The translations under genes and the position numbers were made by a program. A DNA stretch of 37,589 nt from positions 1 to 37,589 of the forward strand of contig CAXHJY010000655.1 in NCBI GenBank assembly GCA_964016885.1. The letters are read 5' to 3'. Positions 13,478-27,900 of the stretch are shown here, in pieces (the stretch's first letter is position 1; every line of letters starts with the position of its first letter). The DNA is from Eledone cirrhosa (taxonomy: Eukaryota). The notes beneath the pieces were generated by a model. The model was not told where the DNA came from. It made no database searches and saw nothing but the letters and a program-made list of their open reading frames with translations.

Positions 13478-14627
13478 ATATGTATGTATATGTGTATGTG
13501 TATGTATATGTATATGTATGCGTATTAATTTTGATTTCTATTTGCATATAATTATATTATGCTATTGATGAAATACAATATCTGCTTTATGTATTGTATA
13601 CCTAATTAACATATACTAATTAACGTATACTATTGAAATAAATATATAATTTTTAATTTAGTTAACATATAATTTATATGCTACTACCGATGTAATACTT
13701 TATTTTATTTTTATTTGGGTTTCTTTTCCCTATTACTAAATTCATCTCCTAATATTGATACCATAACGTTATTAACTTTAATTTAGTTATAATGTAATTA
13801 ATAATCTACTACTGTTTGACTTCAAAATTCTGCTTCAAATATTATAAACCTAACTAATTTACACCTTAGAAATCAATATGTTGACTATCTTTGGTTTAGT
13901 TAACATATGATTAATGGTATACTTATTTATTTTGAGATGCATAGATTTCGTATTTCCTAGCACTGAAAATATGTAAGAACATACATTGAATTAAGATACG
14001 GAAAATATTATATGTTTCTTGAAACATATATTTACTTTGATCCCCTTCTCCAAACCCCCCCTTTCCCCCATACTATTATCATCTGTATTTGTAAGCGTCT
14101 ATGTATGAATATATATGTAGGTAGGTGTCTATATAGGTTTGGGTATTTATTTCTAAATATAAAAATACATATATGAGCATGCAAATATGAATGTAAGATT
14201 GTGTGTGTATATATGATTGTACATACATATGTATGTATATATATGTATATATATGTATTATATATGTATGTGTATGTGAATGTGTTGTATGTATATGTGT
14301 ATGTATGTGTATATATGTGTATGTATGTGTATGCTTGTATATATAGGAATATATATATGTGTATATATGTATGTATATGTATATGCGTGTATGTATGTAT
14401 GTGTATGTGTGTTGTGTATATATATGTATGTCTCTCTATTTATATGTTTATCTTCGTATCTATGTGATATATGTGTGTGTGTGTGCACGTATGCATATGT
14501 ATGTGTTTGTGTGTGTTTGTATGTGTGTGTGTATATATGTGTATGTGCGCACACTCACATACACATATATATATATATATATGTGAGTGTGTATGTGTGT
14601 CTGTGTGTGTGTGTGTGTGTGTATGTG

Positions 14628-14665
<38 letters not shown>

Positions 14666-15097
14666 GATATATATATATATATATATATAGGTGTCTATGT
14701 GTGAATATATGTCTTTATTCGTATGTGTGTATTTATGTATGTATATATTTATGTGTATGTATGTATGTGTATGTATGTATGTATATATTTATATATATAT
14801 ATATGTATATGTATATATATATATGTATATTATTCTTTATTATTATTGTAATATAACTTATGTGTATATGTGTATAAGTGAGGTTGTGTATGTATATATA
14901 ATATGTGTATATATAAGAGTAATGAAATATATATATATATATATATGTGCATGTCTGTTTTTTATGTGTGTGTATATATATATATGTATGTATATATATA
15001 TATATGTGTATACGTGTGTGTATATAGATATATATATATATATACATGTGGGTGTTTGTATGTGTATTTATGGTGGTATGAGTGTGTGGATATATAT

Positions 15098-15138
<41 letters not shown>

Positions 15139-15156
15139 TCTATGTGTGTGTGTATA

Positions 15157-15197
<41 letters not shown>

Positions 15198-15519
15198 ATA
15201 TATATGTGTGTGTATGTATATATATATGTGTATGTATGTGTGTATATATATATATCTCTATTAATGCGTGTGTGTATGTATATACATATGCCTTTTTATT
15301 ATTATTTTCATTTGTATGTCTGAGTTTGGTGAGGTTGTATTGTTTTTTATGTATATACACATATATGGAAGCGTATGTATTTATTTATATGAGTATAAGT
15401 AGGTGCATATGTATGTATGATTATATATCTAATTCTATGTATGAAGGTACATCTATATATATATATATATATACGTGTGTATGTAAGTTGTGCGTGTATG
15501 TATCTTTATGTCTATGTGA

Positions 15520-15567
<48 letters not shown>

Positions 15568-15656
15568 CGATGTGCGTATATGTATGTACATGTATGTACA
15601 TGTATGTGTGTATGTATGTGTATGTATATTTAGATGTATGTGTATGTATATGTATG

Positions 15657-15709
<53 letters not shown>

Positions 15710-15950
15710 ATATATATATATATGGATATATATCTTTATTATCTATTTTTTATATATATGTGTATGTGTGTATGTGTTGCGCGTGTGTGTGTGTATATAT
15801 ATATCTTTTTATATGTGTATGTGTATGTTCGTGTAAGTGTATGTGTGTGTATGACTGTATATATATGTGTGTATGTGTGTATGCGTAAATATCTCTATGT
15901 GCGCGTACATGTATGTATGTGTATATATATCTGTATGTGTATGTACATTA
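13340..15950. repeat. Compound (TA)/(TG)/(TATG) low-complexity tract
   Basis: Direct reading; interrupted by AT-rich unique sequence at about 13530-14190. Confidence 0.85.
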
Positions 15951-16534
15951 TATTATATTTATTATATTTTATTGTTTTTATTTTTTTATTTTTATTTTTC
16001 TTAATTTATAGATACATTTATATTAGACAGTCTGCTCAGACAATTGAATACTGACCCCTCCCCCCCCTCCCACCTAATTTCTGTATCTTGATCTTGAAAT
16101 GTGTGTGCCAGTGTTTTATGTGTGTGACTTAATTTCTATGTGCTTATGATTTTATATCCACATATATAAATGTGAGTGGGGGAGTGTGTGTGTTTGTATG
16201 TTCGTGGTTATGTGTATATTTATGCATATACGCGCATGTATGTGTGATTATACTGATATGTGTGAGTATGAAAAAATATATTTATATGCTTGACTCCATA
16301 AGTATCAGTGCGCATCTTATCAGCGCATTAAGCTTACAGAGATATTAACCTTGAAATTTTGTGTTTGCATCCATCTTTTTAGTATGCGCATACAAATTAT
16401 ACACACATTATTGTAAAATATGTGTAAGGATTTTACATGTATATACACACACCGAACTGCTTTTAACCCTTTGTGTTTTCATTGGTCAATTTTGAACTGA
16501 TATTTTGAATTGTTGTTATTATCAATAAATATAC

Positions 16535-16689
16535 TTCATTATTTCTGAAGACGGCGTATATATGTGTTAGGTATGTATATTTAATCTTGATAATTTGTAT
16601 AATTTTGTATAATTTTGTACATAGATCTGTTGAATATGCATACCAATTATAACACATATATACCCTAGAAACGATCGTTAAATAATGAA
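16535..16689 (+). ncRNA. Type I hammerhead ribozyme with 116-nt stem II
   Basis: TTCATTATTT CTGAAGA CGGCGTATATATGTGTTA..TAACACATATATACCCTA GAAA CGATCG TT AAATAATGAA: perfect 10-bp stem I, palindromic stem III ACGATCGT, GUU triplet. The base of stem II is imperfect. Confidence 0.82.
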
Positions 16690-16872
16690 CTTTTTTTGTT
16701 TAATATAAGGAATTGTTTATTCATTATTTGTTTAATATTTTATATATATATATATATATATATAATCATAAAGTATATATCCCTACACGCAAAAAGCGTC
16801 TAGGGACACATGTATTGTCCAACCATATGCCAATGTGGTTCAATGGCAGGTTAATAAATTAACGAGCCAGAA

Positions 16873-17146
16873 CATATATAATCAAGGTTTAAAATTCACT
16901 GTACTCACTATGGTTAACTCGGGAATTTTATATTCTCCGAGTGAAAAGAACATTCTGACGAGAGTTTATCTTTTCAATGGAAGGCCACGAGGACTGTCCA
17001 TTTATTTTTGAGACTCGAAACCATAGTGAGTACACTGAATTTTTTAAAATTTATTTTGAAACTTTTTCTTATTTGATAAACCTTGATTATATATATATAT
17101 ATATATAATCAAGGTGTAGCAAATAAGAAAAAGTTTCAAAATAAAT
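16873..17146. mobile_element. Small fold-back insert with a degenerate hammerhead (16948-17035, plus strand)
   Basis: CTGACGA GAGTTT..GAGACTC GAAA CCATAGT G has a non-cleavable GUG and a weak stem I. Inverted copies of its 3' part lie at 16873-16914 and 17104-17146. Confidence 0.6.
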
Positions 17147-17149
17147 AAA

Positions 17150-17183
<34 letters not shown>

Positions 17184-17491
17184 TGAATGAAAAGTATAGA
17201 AATTATTATGAGCAAGAAGCACAGAGTATTTCATATATATATATAAGTGACTATTGCGTCAAAATGGGAAAATAGATAACGTAAGATGTGGGAAAAATAA
17301 TTCAAACTCAATTCAAAAAGAATCAGGATATAGATTCATCCAACAGAATTTAGTGAAATCCAGGGAATATATATATACATATATATATACACACACATAT
17401 ACATACACATACACATACATAGAAATATACACACACATATATATACAATACAAACATATAAACAGTTAAATATATACATGCAAACATATAT

Positions 17492-17524
<33 letters not shown>

Positions 17525-17549
17525 GAGAGGTTCTATGGACTTACTTTCT

Positions 17550-17581
<32 letters not shown>

Positions 17582-17871
17582 TATATACACACACACGCGT
17601 ATATACACATATACATACTCACATGCATACACACACATACGCACGCATATACTCGCAACCACACGTATAGGTACATATACACAAATGTAGGTGTATATAC
17701 ATAAATCAAAAAGTATAAATACATTCACACGCACATATGTACATGAGAAAAAATACATACAACCACATACACACATATATATAAATAATTGCTTATATAT
17801 AAATAATTACTTATATATGAAAATATACACATACACACACATATACGCACATGTACACGTACATACGCACG

Positions 17872-17955
<84 letters not shown>

Positions 17956-18125
17956 GGAAGGGGTATTCAATTAGTTGGAAATCCGACAAATATAAAAAAA
18001 TATAAATGTTTATAACTGATTTAGAGCACTCAACAGTTTCCTGGAGAAAATATCCAATGATATTAAATATTTAATATCAATAAATATAAATATCAATATA
18101 AATATAAATAAATATAAATATCAAT

Positions 18126-18845
<720 letters not shown>

Positions 18846-19041
18846 TATGTATACGTACATACATATATGTATACAGACGTACAGTAGTATGTATATATAT
18901 ATACATACATGCAAACATATATATATGTACGTATGGATTCACCAAACATTTATTATAATGCTCGGTGTGTTTGTAAACAAACATCCCGTATTAAGCCGCA
19001 GTGTCCAGCAACCACCGTTGCTCGTTTGTTCAACAAAGGAA

Positions 19042-19082
19042 CGCTGTACTAGTTTCAAGCTTGTAAGCTATCGTCAGCAACG
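19042..19082 (-). ncRNA. Type I hammerhead ribozyme
   Basis: Minus strand: CGTTG CTGACGA TAGCTTACAAGCTT GAAA CTAG TA CAGCG; GUA triplet. Confidence 0.85.
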
Positions 19083-19309
19083 TATACCTCCCTGCCAGAT
19101 AGTTGAACCTCCGAAAGTATACACCTTCCTTATGCATATTAACGGCTGAGTAGCCCAATTTGCATATCGAGTGGGTTAATCGGCCGGGTGCACCGAAAAC
19201 GATAAACGGAAAAAATGAAACGACATTTCATTTCCCACTCTTAGTACGGCTGTTACTTAAATATATGTATGGACACGTACATACATATATGTATAGAGAC
19301 GTACAGTAG

Positions 19310-19355
<46 letters not shown>

Positions 19356-19738
19356 CATGCACACATATATATATGTACGTATGAATTCATCAAACATTTA
19401 TTATAATGCTAGGTGTGTTTGTAAACAAACATCCCGTATTAAGCCGCAGTGTCTAGCAACCACCGTTGATCGTTTGTTCAACACTGACAAAGGAACGCTG
19501 TACTAGTTTCAAGCTTGTTGTACGTCTGTATACATATATGTATGTACGTATACATACTTATATTTAAGTAACAGCCGTAAGAGTGGGAAATGAAATTTCG
19601 TTTCATTTCTTCCGTTTATCGTTTTCGGTGCACCCGGCCAATTAACCCACTCGATATGCAAATTGGGCTACTCAGCCGTTAATATGCATAAGGAAGGTGT
19701 ATACTTTCGGACGTTCAAATATCTGGCAGGAAGGTATA

Positions 19739-19779
19739 CGTTGCTGACGATAGCTAACAAGCTTGAAACTAGTACAGCG
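19739..19779 (+). ncRNA. Type I hammerhead ribozyme
   Basis: CGTTG CTGACGA TAGCTAACAAGCTT GAAA CTAG TA CAGCG; palindromic stem III ACTAGT. Confidence 0.85.
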
Positions 19780-19983
19780 TTCCTTTGTGAGTGTTGAACA
19801 AACGATCAACGGTCGTTGCTAGACACTACGGCTTAATACGGGATGTTTGTTTACAGACACACCGAGCATTATAATAAATGTTTGGTGAATCCATACGTAC
19901 ATATATATATGTGTGCATGTATGTATATATATGTATATATATGTACTAAGAGTGGGAAATGAAATTTCGTTTCATTTTTTCCG

Positions 19984-20016
<33 letters not shown>

Positions 20017-20076
20017 ATATATATATATATGTATATATATTTATATACATATATATATATACACACACACATATAC

Positions 20077-20113
<37 letters not shown>

Positions 20114-20114
20114 T

Positions 20115-20129
20115 AAAAGATGGAGAGCC

Positions 20130-20167
<38 letters not shown>

Positions 20168-20184
20168 CAGGCTCTCCATCTTTT
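20115..20184. repeat. 19-bp inverted repeat flanking a short (TA)n run
   Basis: AAAAGATGGAGAGCCTGTT (20115-20133) and AACAGGCTCTCCATCTTTT (20166-20184). Confidence 0.85.
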
Positions 20185-20412
20185 CCGGGCAACCATGAAT
20201 AAGAGTTATGGGATTTTTGATGGATTTACCATCTTGTCTGCTGTCTAGTATTAAACAAGAAGGTAATAATGTTTTGCTACATAGACGCTTAGAAGTATAT
20301 AACTTATACTTAATAGCCTAACCAGTAATGTATATATAATTACAATACCTATGTATGCATGTTTGTATAAGTGTGTGCGTTTCCGGTAGTGTTTTATAGA
20401 CTCGTACATAGA

Positions 20413-20489
<77 letters not shown>

Positions 20490-21198
20490 CTTTATATATG
20501 TCTGTGTGTGTGTCTATGTATGCATTCCGCCAGTCAAAAGAGATGCAGTAAGTATGAGAATGGATGTAGAGTTATGAGATCAAATCATATGTTAGCTTGG
20601 ACTATATCTAGAGAACGTTTTAAGGCTTTAGATTTACAATTGAAGATTCTATCTTCTCAAGAGTTCTATACATTTTCCATGTTATAATTTCCAGCCCTTC
20701 CGTCACACAAAGATCACATCCTTTCTTTCGCGTTGATAGGGGTGGGTAAATCATAGACGTGATCAGGAACGCTCCTACCTTTCTTTTCCCTACTTTAAAT
20801 CACATATTGTTTCAGCTATTCTGGTGGATTTGCGAAGCTCTGAATTTCTAAAAGAGTTTATGTGAAAATACCATCTTTTCTTAAAAATATAGCTTTCACA
20901 TATTCCTATATCCCTCAGTTTGTCATAATGTTGCACTGGTATACGATAAGGGGCCCTTATTGGGTCGTTTGCAGTTACATTGTACCAGTGCAGGCCGATC
21001 AAGGTCATTTTTCGTCCCGATAATAATGAAATAACAAACGTGCATATCTATCACAGCCCGTTCACTGGGTTGAGTGTTGTATTGTGAATGTATACACAAC
21101 CACCCACACACCCACACACACACATACATACACACACACACACACATACACACACATACATATATAGTGTTAAGGTGCAAGTAATTAAATATATATAT

Positions 21199-21382
21199 AA
21201 TTGTTTCTACTTTAGGCACAAGGCCAACAATTACCCAGTACATTACTGGTACTTTATTTTATCGACCCCGTAAGGATGAAAGGCAAAGCCAACCTCGGCG
21301 GGATTTGAACTCAGAACGTAAGGGGACGTAACTATGCTGGAAAGCATGGCGTCCGACCCTCTACCGATACTGCCAATCCACC
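21199..21382 (-). mobile_element. tRNA-derived SINE (MetaSINE-like)
   Basis: Minus strand: A-box-like TGGCAGTATCGG, B box GTTCAAATC, central GCCTTTCATCC..GGGGTCGATAAAATAAAGTACCAG, tail GGCCTTGTGCCTAAAGTAGAAACAATT. Two more copies occur in the window. Confidence 0.85.
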
Positions 21383-21432
21383 AATATTAAATATTAAATA
21401 TATATAATGCAACACTAATTCTTTGTTCCCTT

Positions 21433-21485
<53 letters not shown>

Positions 21486-21845
21486 TCATAGATATATATG
21501 TGTTTTGCAACGGGTCACGTTGTGGCTCAATGAAGAATTAATAAATTAAATGATCAGAGCTATATATCATAAAACATATCTATAGAATCACCAGATAAAA
21601 TATATACCGTTTCCTCTCCCAATTAGCATAATTAACCATATAAAAAAATCAATTAGACCAAGCTATAAGAATAAAGGCTCCTATGAAGAAATCTCCGACA
21701 AATAACCGAAAGCAGCCCCTTCACGGCGGTTACGACGAAGTATTTATCGAACATTTCGACAGCATGTATAAATCGACCAGATATACAGTCAACTAAACAC
21801 AATTAGGTGTAAAATAAACTTGGAAGAAATGTGTACATATTTAAT

Positions 21846-21925
21846 TACCTCTACCATGGTTTCGTCCGTATTTTAAGACATCCGATAACAGGGGACATCC
21901 AGAGCTTGGGATTCGTCAGGAGTTA
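21846..21925 (-). ncRNA. Type I hammerhead ribozyme with 49-nt stem II (core intact)
   Basis: Minus strand: TAACTC CTGACGA ATCC..GGAC GAAA CCATGG TA GAGGTA; palindromic stem III ACCATGGT. Confidence 0.8.
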
Positions 21926-22071
21926 GCTCAAATTTAGACAATTAATTTTCCAGCCGTAAGCAACTAATCACATCCTTTCTAACTTGACCGCTGCCACGTC
22001 ACGTTTCTTAGCCATTTTTGAATGTATTCTTGGCGCGATCACTTTGGAAAATTAATTGTCTAAATTTGAGC

Positions 22072-22151
22072 TAACTCCTGATTAATCCGAAGCTCTGGAT
22101 GTCCCCTGTTATCGGATGTCTTAAAATACGGACGAAACCATGGTAGAGGTA
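22072..22151 (+). ncRNA. Hammerhead ribozyme copy with mutated core (CTGATTA)
   Basis: Same motif as 21846-21925 but CTGATTA replaces CTGACGA; probably inactive. Confidence 0.65.
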
Positions 22152-22426
22152 ATTAAATATGTACACATTTCTTCCAAGTTTATTTTACACCTAATTGTGT
22201 TTAGTTGACTGTATATCTGGTCGATTTATACATGCTGTCGAAATGTTCGATAAATACTCCGTCGTAACCGCCGCGAAGGGGCTGCTTTCGGTTATTTGTC
22301 GGAGATTTCTTCATAGGAGCCTTTATTCTTATAGCTTGGTCTAATTGATTTTTTATATGGTTAATTATGCTAATTGGGAGAGGAAACGGTATATATTTTA
22401 TCTGCTGATTCTATAGACATGTTTTA

Positions 22427-22488
<62 letters not shown>

Positions 22489-22547
22489 CAAGGCTCTGAT
22501 ACCATCAACACTATAAACACAGAGCTGGCATATCTAAGAACTGACTA

Positions 22548-22603
22548 ACTGCCTGATGAGGTCATAGCCATTCAATGGCTATCATCGAAATATATATAAC
22601 AGT
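22548..22603 (+). ncRNA. Type I hammerhead ribozyme in a solo insert of about 165 bp (22484-22648)
   Basis: ACTGC CTGATGA GGTCATAGCCATTCAATGGCTATCATC GAAA TATATA TA ACAGT. Stem III is ATATATAT, the triplet is AUA, and the first stem I pair is mismatched. Confidence 0.72.
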
Positions 22604-23394
22604 AAATAAAGGATTATGAGTTCATGCAATTGACTTATGTTTCGTCACTATATATATATATACTACAAAAACTCTGATCTTGCGTGCTTGCTTGTCTGTT
22701 ATGTAATACAGCCAAAAGGGCGCATAATAGGTAAATACTTTGAAAGCAAGTTGCCTATGAAATGGGAATACAAATTGAATAAAGCAAATTTCGCGAAAAT
22801 CTGACCCCGGGTTCCCGAGAATCGCGGGTTTTGGGGGTACCTTCGTAAATAGCTACGACAGTGCATACTGGTAAAATACCTCGAAATTAACATAACCCGA
22901 AAAACTTCGTAAATAGCCAAAACATTGCATAATGAGAAAATACTCTGAATAAAACAAATTTGGCGTAAATCGCACATGGACACTATTTTCAATTTTCCAA
23001 AAATAGCAAGGAATTCATCTAAATTCAATTTATCTTATTTTATAATGAATATCGAAAGAAATAATCCGTTTGTTTTTTGGTTGTCCATTCTGTAGGTAAG
23101 AGAGACAGAGATGGGTGAGAGAGAGAAAGAGAAAGAGAGGCGTGAGAAAGAGAAAGAGAGAGAGTGAGGGGATGAGAGAGAGAGGGGGGATGACAGATAG
23201 GGAAAGAGACAGCGTCCTTAGCTTTTATTTATTTTAACTCTCCCCCTATCCATAACGTTATTTCTTTCTCTCTCTTTCACAGTTATACTGCCACCGTCTG
23301 TATCTGTATGTGTATGTGTGCCAGTGCATGTGTTTACGTACTTAGAGACATGTGTGTGTGTGTGTATGTGTGTGTAACAGTACTTAAGTTAGAG

Positions 23395-24256
<862 letters not shown>

Positions 24257-24399
24257 GATACTTTCGTAAAGAGCCAAAACGGTGCATAATGGAGAAATAG
24301 CCCTGTAAGTGAAACCCTGAAATGGGGATAAAACAAGTTTGACGTAAATCGACATAAACTATTTTCATCATTCGAGAAATATTTTTAATAATTATTAAA

Positions 24400-24930
24400 A
24401 AAAGATTTTTCAGTGATTTCTCAGTGAATATAATTTCAAAACTACAAGTTGTTTGTACTTCAAGTATCTATATTCGAGCTTTCTTTAAATAGACGATATT
24501 TTAATTATCAGAAAAGCATTAAGTGAATATCACTGAAAAAACCAGTTGGTGTTAAACAGTAGGTGTTTATATTTTTGCTTTTGTTAAAAAGAATATTTCA
24601 ATTATTTAGAAATATTTTAAAGTGAATTTGATTTCACAAATAGCTTTATTTACATAGACAATATCTTCATTTTTTTAAATTATTATTTTCAAGTGAATAC
24701 GATGGAAAAAAATATTTCTTGGCATATTTAAAAAATATTCTTAAGTGAAAATGACTTAAAAAATACAAATTATTTGTACACCGAGCATATATATTTCAGC
24801 TTTCTTTAAACAGAATATTTTAATTATTAATAAGTATTTTTTAAGGGAATTTGATTTGGAAAATACGAGTTGTTTAAACAGACAATATTTTCATTATTTA
24901 GAAATATTTCTAAATGATGATTTAAAAAAA
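24400..24930. repeat. Degenerate AT-rich subrepeats in the Helitron 5' region
   Basis: Recurrent AGA(C)AATATTTT(C)A(A)TTATT..AAGTGAAT blocks at about 24490, 24590, 24655, 24810 and 24880. Confidence 0.55.
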
Positions 24931-24989
24931 ATATTTGTCGAGGTAATAGGAATTTTTTCTACGGTGAATACGATTTCGATTCTTAAATA

Positions 24990-27900
24990 ATGCCTCGACG
25001 AGGAAGAAAGAAAACACCTGGTTGGTCTATCGATAGTGGAAAGAAAGCACGGCTAAGGAGAGCCGAAGAAGGTGAACAAGATAGTGGTCAACGCCAAGAA
25101 GATCGGGACAGGCATGCGAATAGAAGGATCGATGAGACTGATAAAGCAAGGGATGCGCGTCTGGCGTAACACAGGGAAAGAGACAGAAGCAGGAGAGATC
25201 ATGAATCGGATGGTCTGATAGCTGCGCGTCTGGCGGAACAGAAGGAAAGAGACAGAAACAGGATAGATCATGAATCGGATGGTCTGAGAGCTGAGCGTCT
25301 GGCGGAACAGAGGGAAAGAGACAGAAGAAGGAGAGATCATGAATCGGACGCTCGGAGAACTCATGGTCTTTGTCAACAAACCATTAGGGATAGAGCAAGG
25401 ACAGTTCAACGACGTGACTTCTCTGTTGATGTTGGACAGATGAATAAGATATGTGTCTGTTGTCATGCAATGTTTTTTCATGGTGAAACTGCTAACTTTT
25501 GCTGTATGAATGGAAAAGTCAGGCTGGGGAATCTGCAGCATTTACACCAGGAACTTCACAGTTTATTTAGTACTGATCAACCTAGGGCAAACGAGTTCAG
25601 GAAGAACCTCAGACAATACAACTGCCTGTTCCAAATGAAATCTTTTAGGGCCGAAGAAGTTTGTTCCTCAAGGAATGGATGGAATCCTTCTATCGCTATT
25701 CATGGTCAAATTCACCATTACATCGGTTCCTTAACCCATAATCCCAACGAACAACCCCAATTTCTTCAAATTTACTTCTTGGATCCTCGGGATAGTGTTG
25801 ATTTGAGGATCAGGATACTCCATAACGATGGCATTCAGCGCGACATAGTTGAATTATTGGAAATAATACTCAGACAATATAACCCTTACGTTGCTTCATT
25901 TCGAATGGCAAAAGAACAAATTAAAAATATTCCCGAAGCTTCGATTATAATTGATCCTGATAGGAGACCAGCAATGGAACATGAGAGAATATTCAATGCA
26001 CAAACTGCAAACGAAGTTGCCGTTATTACAAAACAGCACCGAACTTCAAGCAAAAGCACGGCACATTGTGTTGAAAAAAAAGGCGGACAATTGCAAATAA
26101 TCTCAGAGTCCCATCGGTCCTATGACAGTTTGCAGTATGTTCTATTTTTTCCTTTTGGCGATGACGGATGGCATCATGAGCTGTTAATGAGCAACAACAA
26201 GAAGTTGACGCCAATGCGCTACTATTCCTATCGAATAATGAACCATAAGAATGAATTCAACCAGCTTCTCAGAGGCAGTCGTTTATTACAGCAATATTTG
26301 TTTGACATGGCTACGAAGATTGAAGGAGATAGACTGCAATACATCCGAATGAATCAAACATCATTGCGATCTACAACATACAAGGGCCTTACTGACGCAT
26401 TGAATGATGATGACGATTTTCGCAATATTGGCAGGCGAATCATACTCTCTTCCACATTTGTCGGTGGACCGAGATATATGATGGAGCAATGCCTGGATGC
26501 CATGATGTACATACGGAAGTACGGCAATCCTTCGTTCTTCATCACAATGACATGCAATCCAAACTGTCCTGAAATCCGGCAAAACCTATTCCTGAATCAG
26601 AAGCCACATGACAGGCCAGATTTAATTGCCAGAGTATTTGACCTGAAGCGGAAACTGTTAAGAAAGTATCTTACTGGAGTAGATGGCTTATTTGGCAAGT
26701 GCATTGCTTACGTGCTGACAGTCGAATATCAATGAAGCCTCTAAGCCCAGACCGCAGGAATATGATAAATTTGTTCAAGCCGAAATACCAGATCCAAACA
26801 AAGATCCAGAGGGTCATGAATTGGTGCTGAAGCACATGATCCACGGTCCGAATTGCTCTAACAATTCGCCGTGTTGGAAAGATGGAACGTGCAGTAAGCG
26901 GTACCCTAAGCCTTTCAATGAATATACATTGTGTGGAGAGGACTCTTATCCTGTGTACAGAAGATGGTCTCCAGGAATGGAAGGATTTGAGGGGCACCAA
27001 GAAGGAAGGGGAAGCCGAAATATAACTTCGGAATGTGTTTTCCCTACAATATGAAACTATTAAAACTGTTCAACTGCCACCTAAACGTAGAGATGTGCTC
27101 TTCCGAGAAATCGATCAAATACGTTATCAAATATACCATGAAGGGCAGTGATCAGGCAATGTTTGGAGTGAACAGGGAAGATGAGATAATACAGTATTTA
27201 ACAGGAAGATATATCGGTCCTTCAGAAGCTGTTGCCTTGGTACTTGGATTTCCAATTCATGAGAGAGAACCGGCCGTAGTTCGCCTTCAAGTTCATCTAC
27301 CTGAGAAAAATCAAATCTTCTTTCGGGTCAATGCTGCTGTTAAAGTAAACAATAACATGGCTAAGACGACTCTGACTGAGTTCATGGATCTTTGCGATCA
27401 CGATCCGTTTGCAAAAACATTGTATTATGCCGATGTCCCAAAGTTTTACACTTGGAGCAATAAGAGATGGGAAAGGAGAAAGGTGGGGAAAACAGTTGAG
27501 CAGTATCCAGGGATTTTTGAGGCGAACGTTTTGGGACGAGTATACACTGTTTCTCCACGAAGTGGTGACCTGTATTATTTAAGACTCCTTCTGCATCACG
27601 TCAAAGGGCCAGTATCCTTCAACTGTTTGAAAATGTGTGATGGAGAACTCCTGACATTATTCAAAGACGTCTGCAGAGAGAAAGGTTTGCTTCAATCGGA
27701 TGATCATTGGCAGCAGACTCTGGAAGATGCTGAGCGAACAAGGGTTCCCAAAGCCACGAGAGATCTATTCATCGTGCTCCTCACAAATACGGAAATTGAC
27801 AATTCCAGTGCTTTATGGGCTAGATTTAAGCATTTAGAAAAAAGGGCTACCAGAAACTCTAACCTTTTGATTAGCGAGAGACATTTCTTCTGTATTTTGA

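Larger units (their letters stand above)
10400..16741 (+). mobile_element. Penelope-like element family A: ORF, about 3.6-kb microsatellite-rich 3' region, and HHR-bearing 3' terminus
   Basis: The ORF is followed by TG/TA-rich sequence and a same-strand HHR at 16535-16689, ending at (TA)n about 16741. Family B has the same layout. Boundaries, especially the 5' end, are approximate and the linkage is inferred. Confidence 0.6.
18843..19984. mobile_element. Retrozyme-like insert with a unit of about 420-455 bp, head-to-head inverted (about 1.5 units minus, about 1 unit plus)
   Basis: CAAACATTTATTATAATGCT..TACTAGTTTCAAGCTTGT repeats at about 18943 and 19391. Inversion at about 19519/19520. Both ends lie in (TA)n. 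Confidence 0.85.
21561..22436. mobile_element. Head-to-head inverted repeat (392-bp arms, 92-bp spacer) carrying hammerheads; PLE pLTR or retrozyme-like
   Basis: Arms 21561-21952 and 22045-22436 are near-perfect reverse complements, and the outer ends are in TA. Confidence 0.88.

Noticed and set aside
20931-20991. Hairpin TGCACTGGTA..TACCAGTGCA as a miRNA or ribozyme
   Set aside because: Only a 10-11 bp stem with no catalytic core and no second copy; unsupported.
21506-21530. CAACGGGTCACG matching the Helitron 3' hairpin
   Set aside because: Only half of the hairpin (12 bp) with no CTAG end; too short to call an element.
25053-25541. 162-aa minus-strand ORF and other antisense ORFs over the Helitron and LINE
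   Set aside because: They are shadow frames of the transposon coding regions on the opposite strand.
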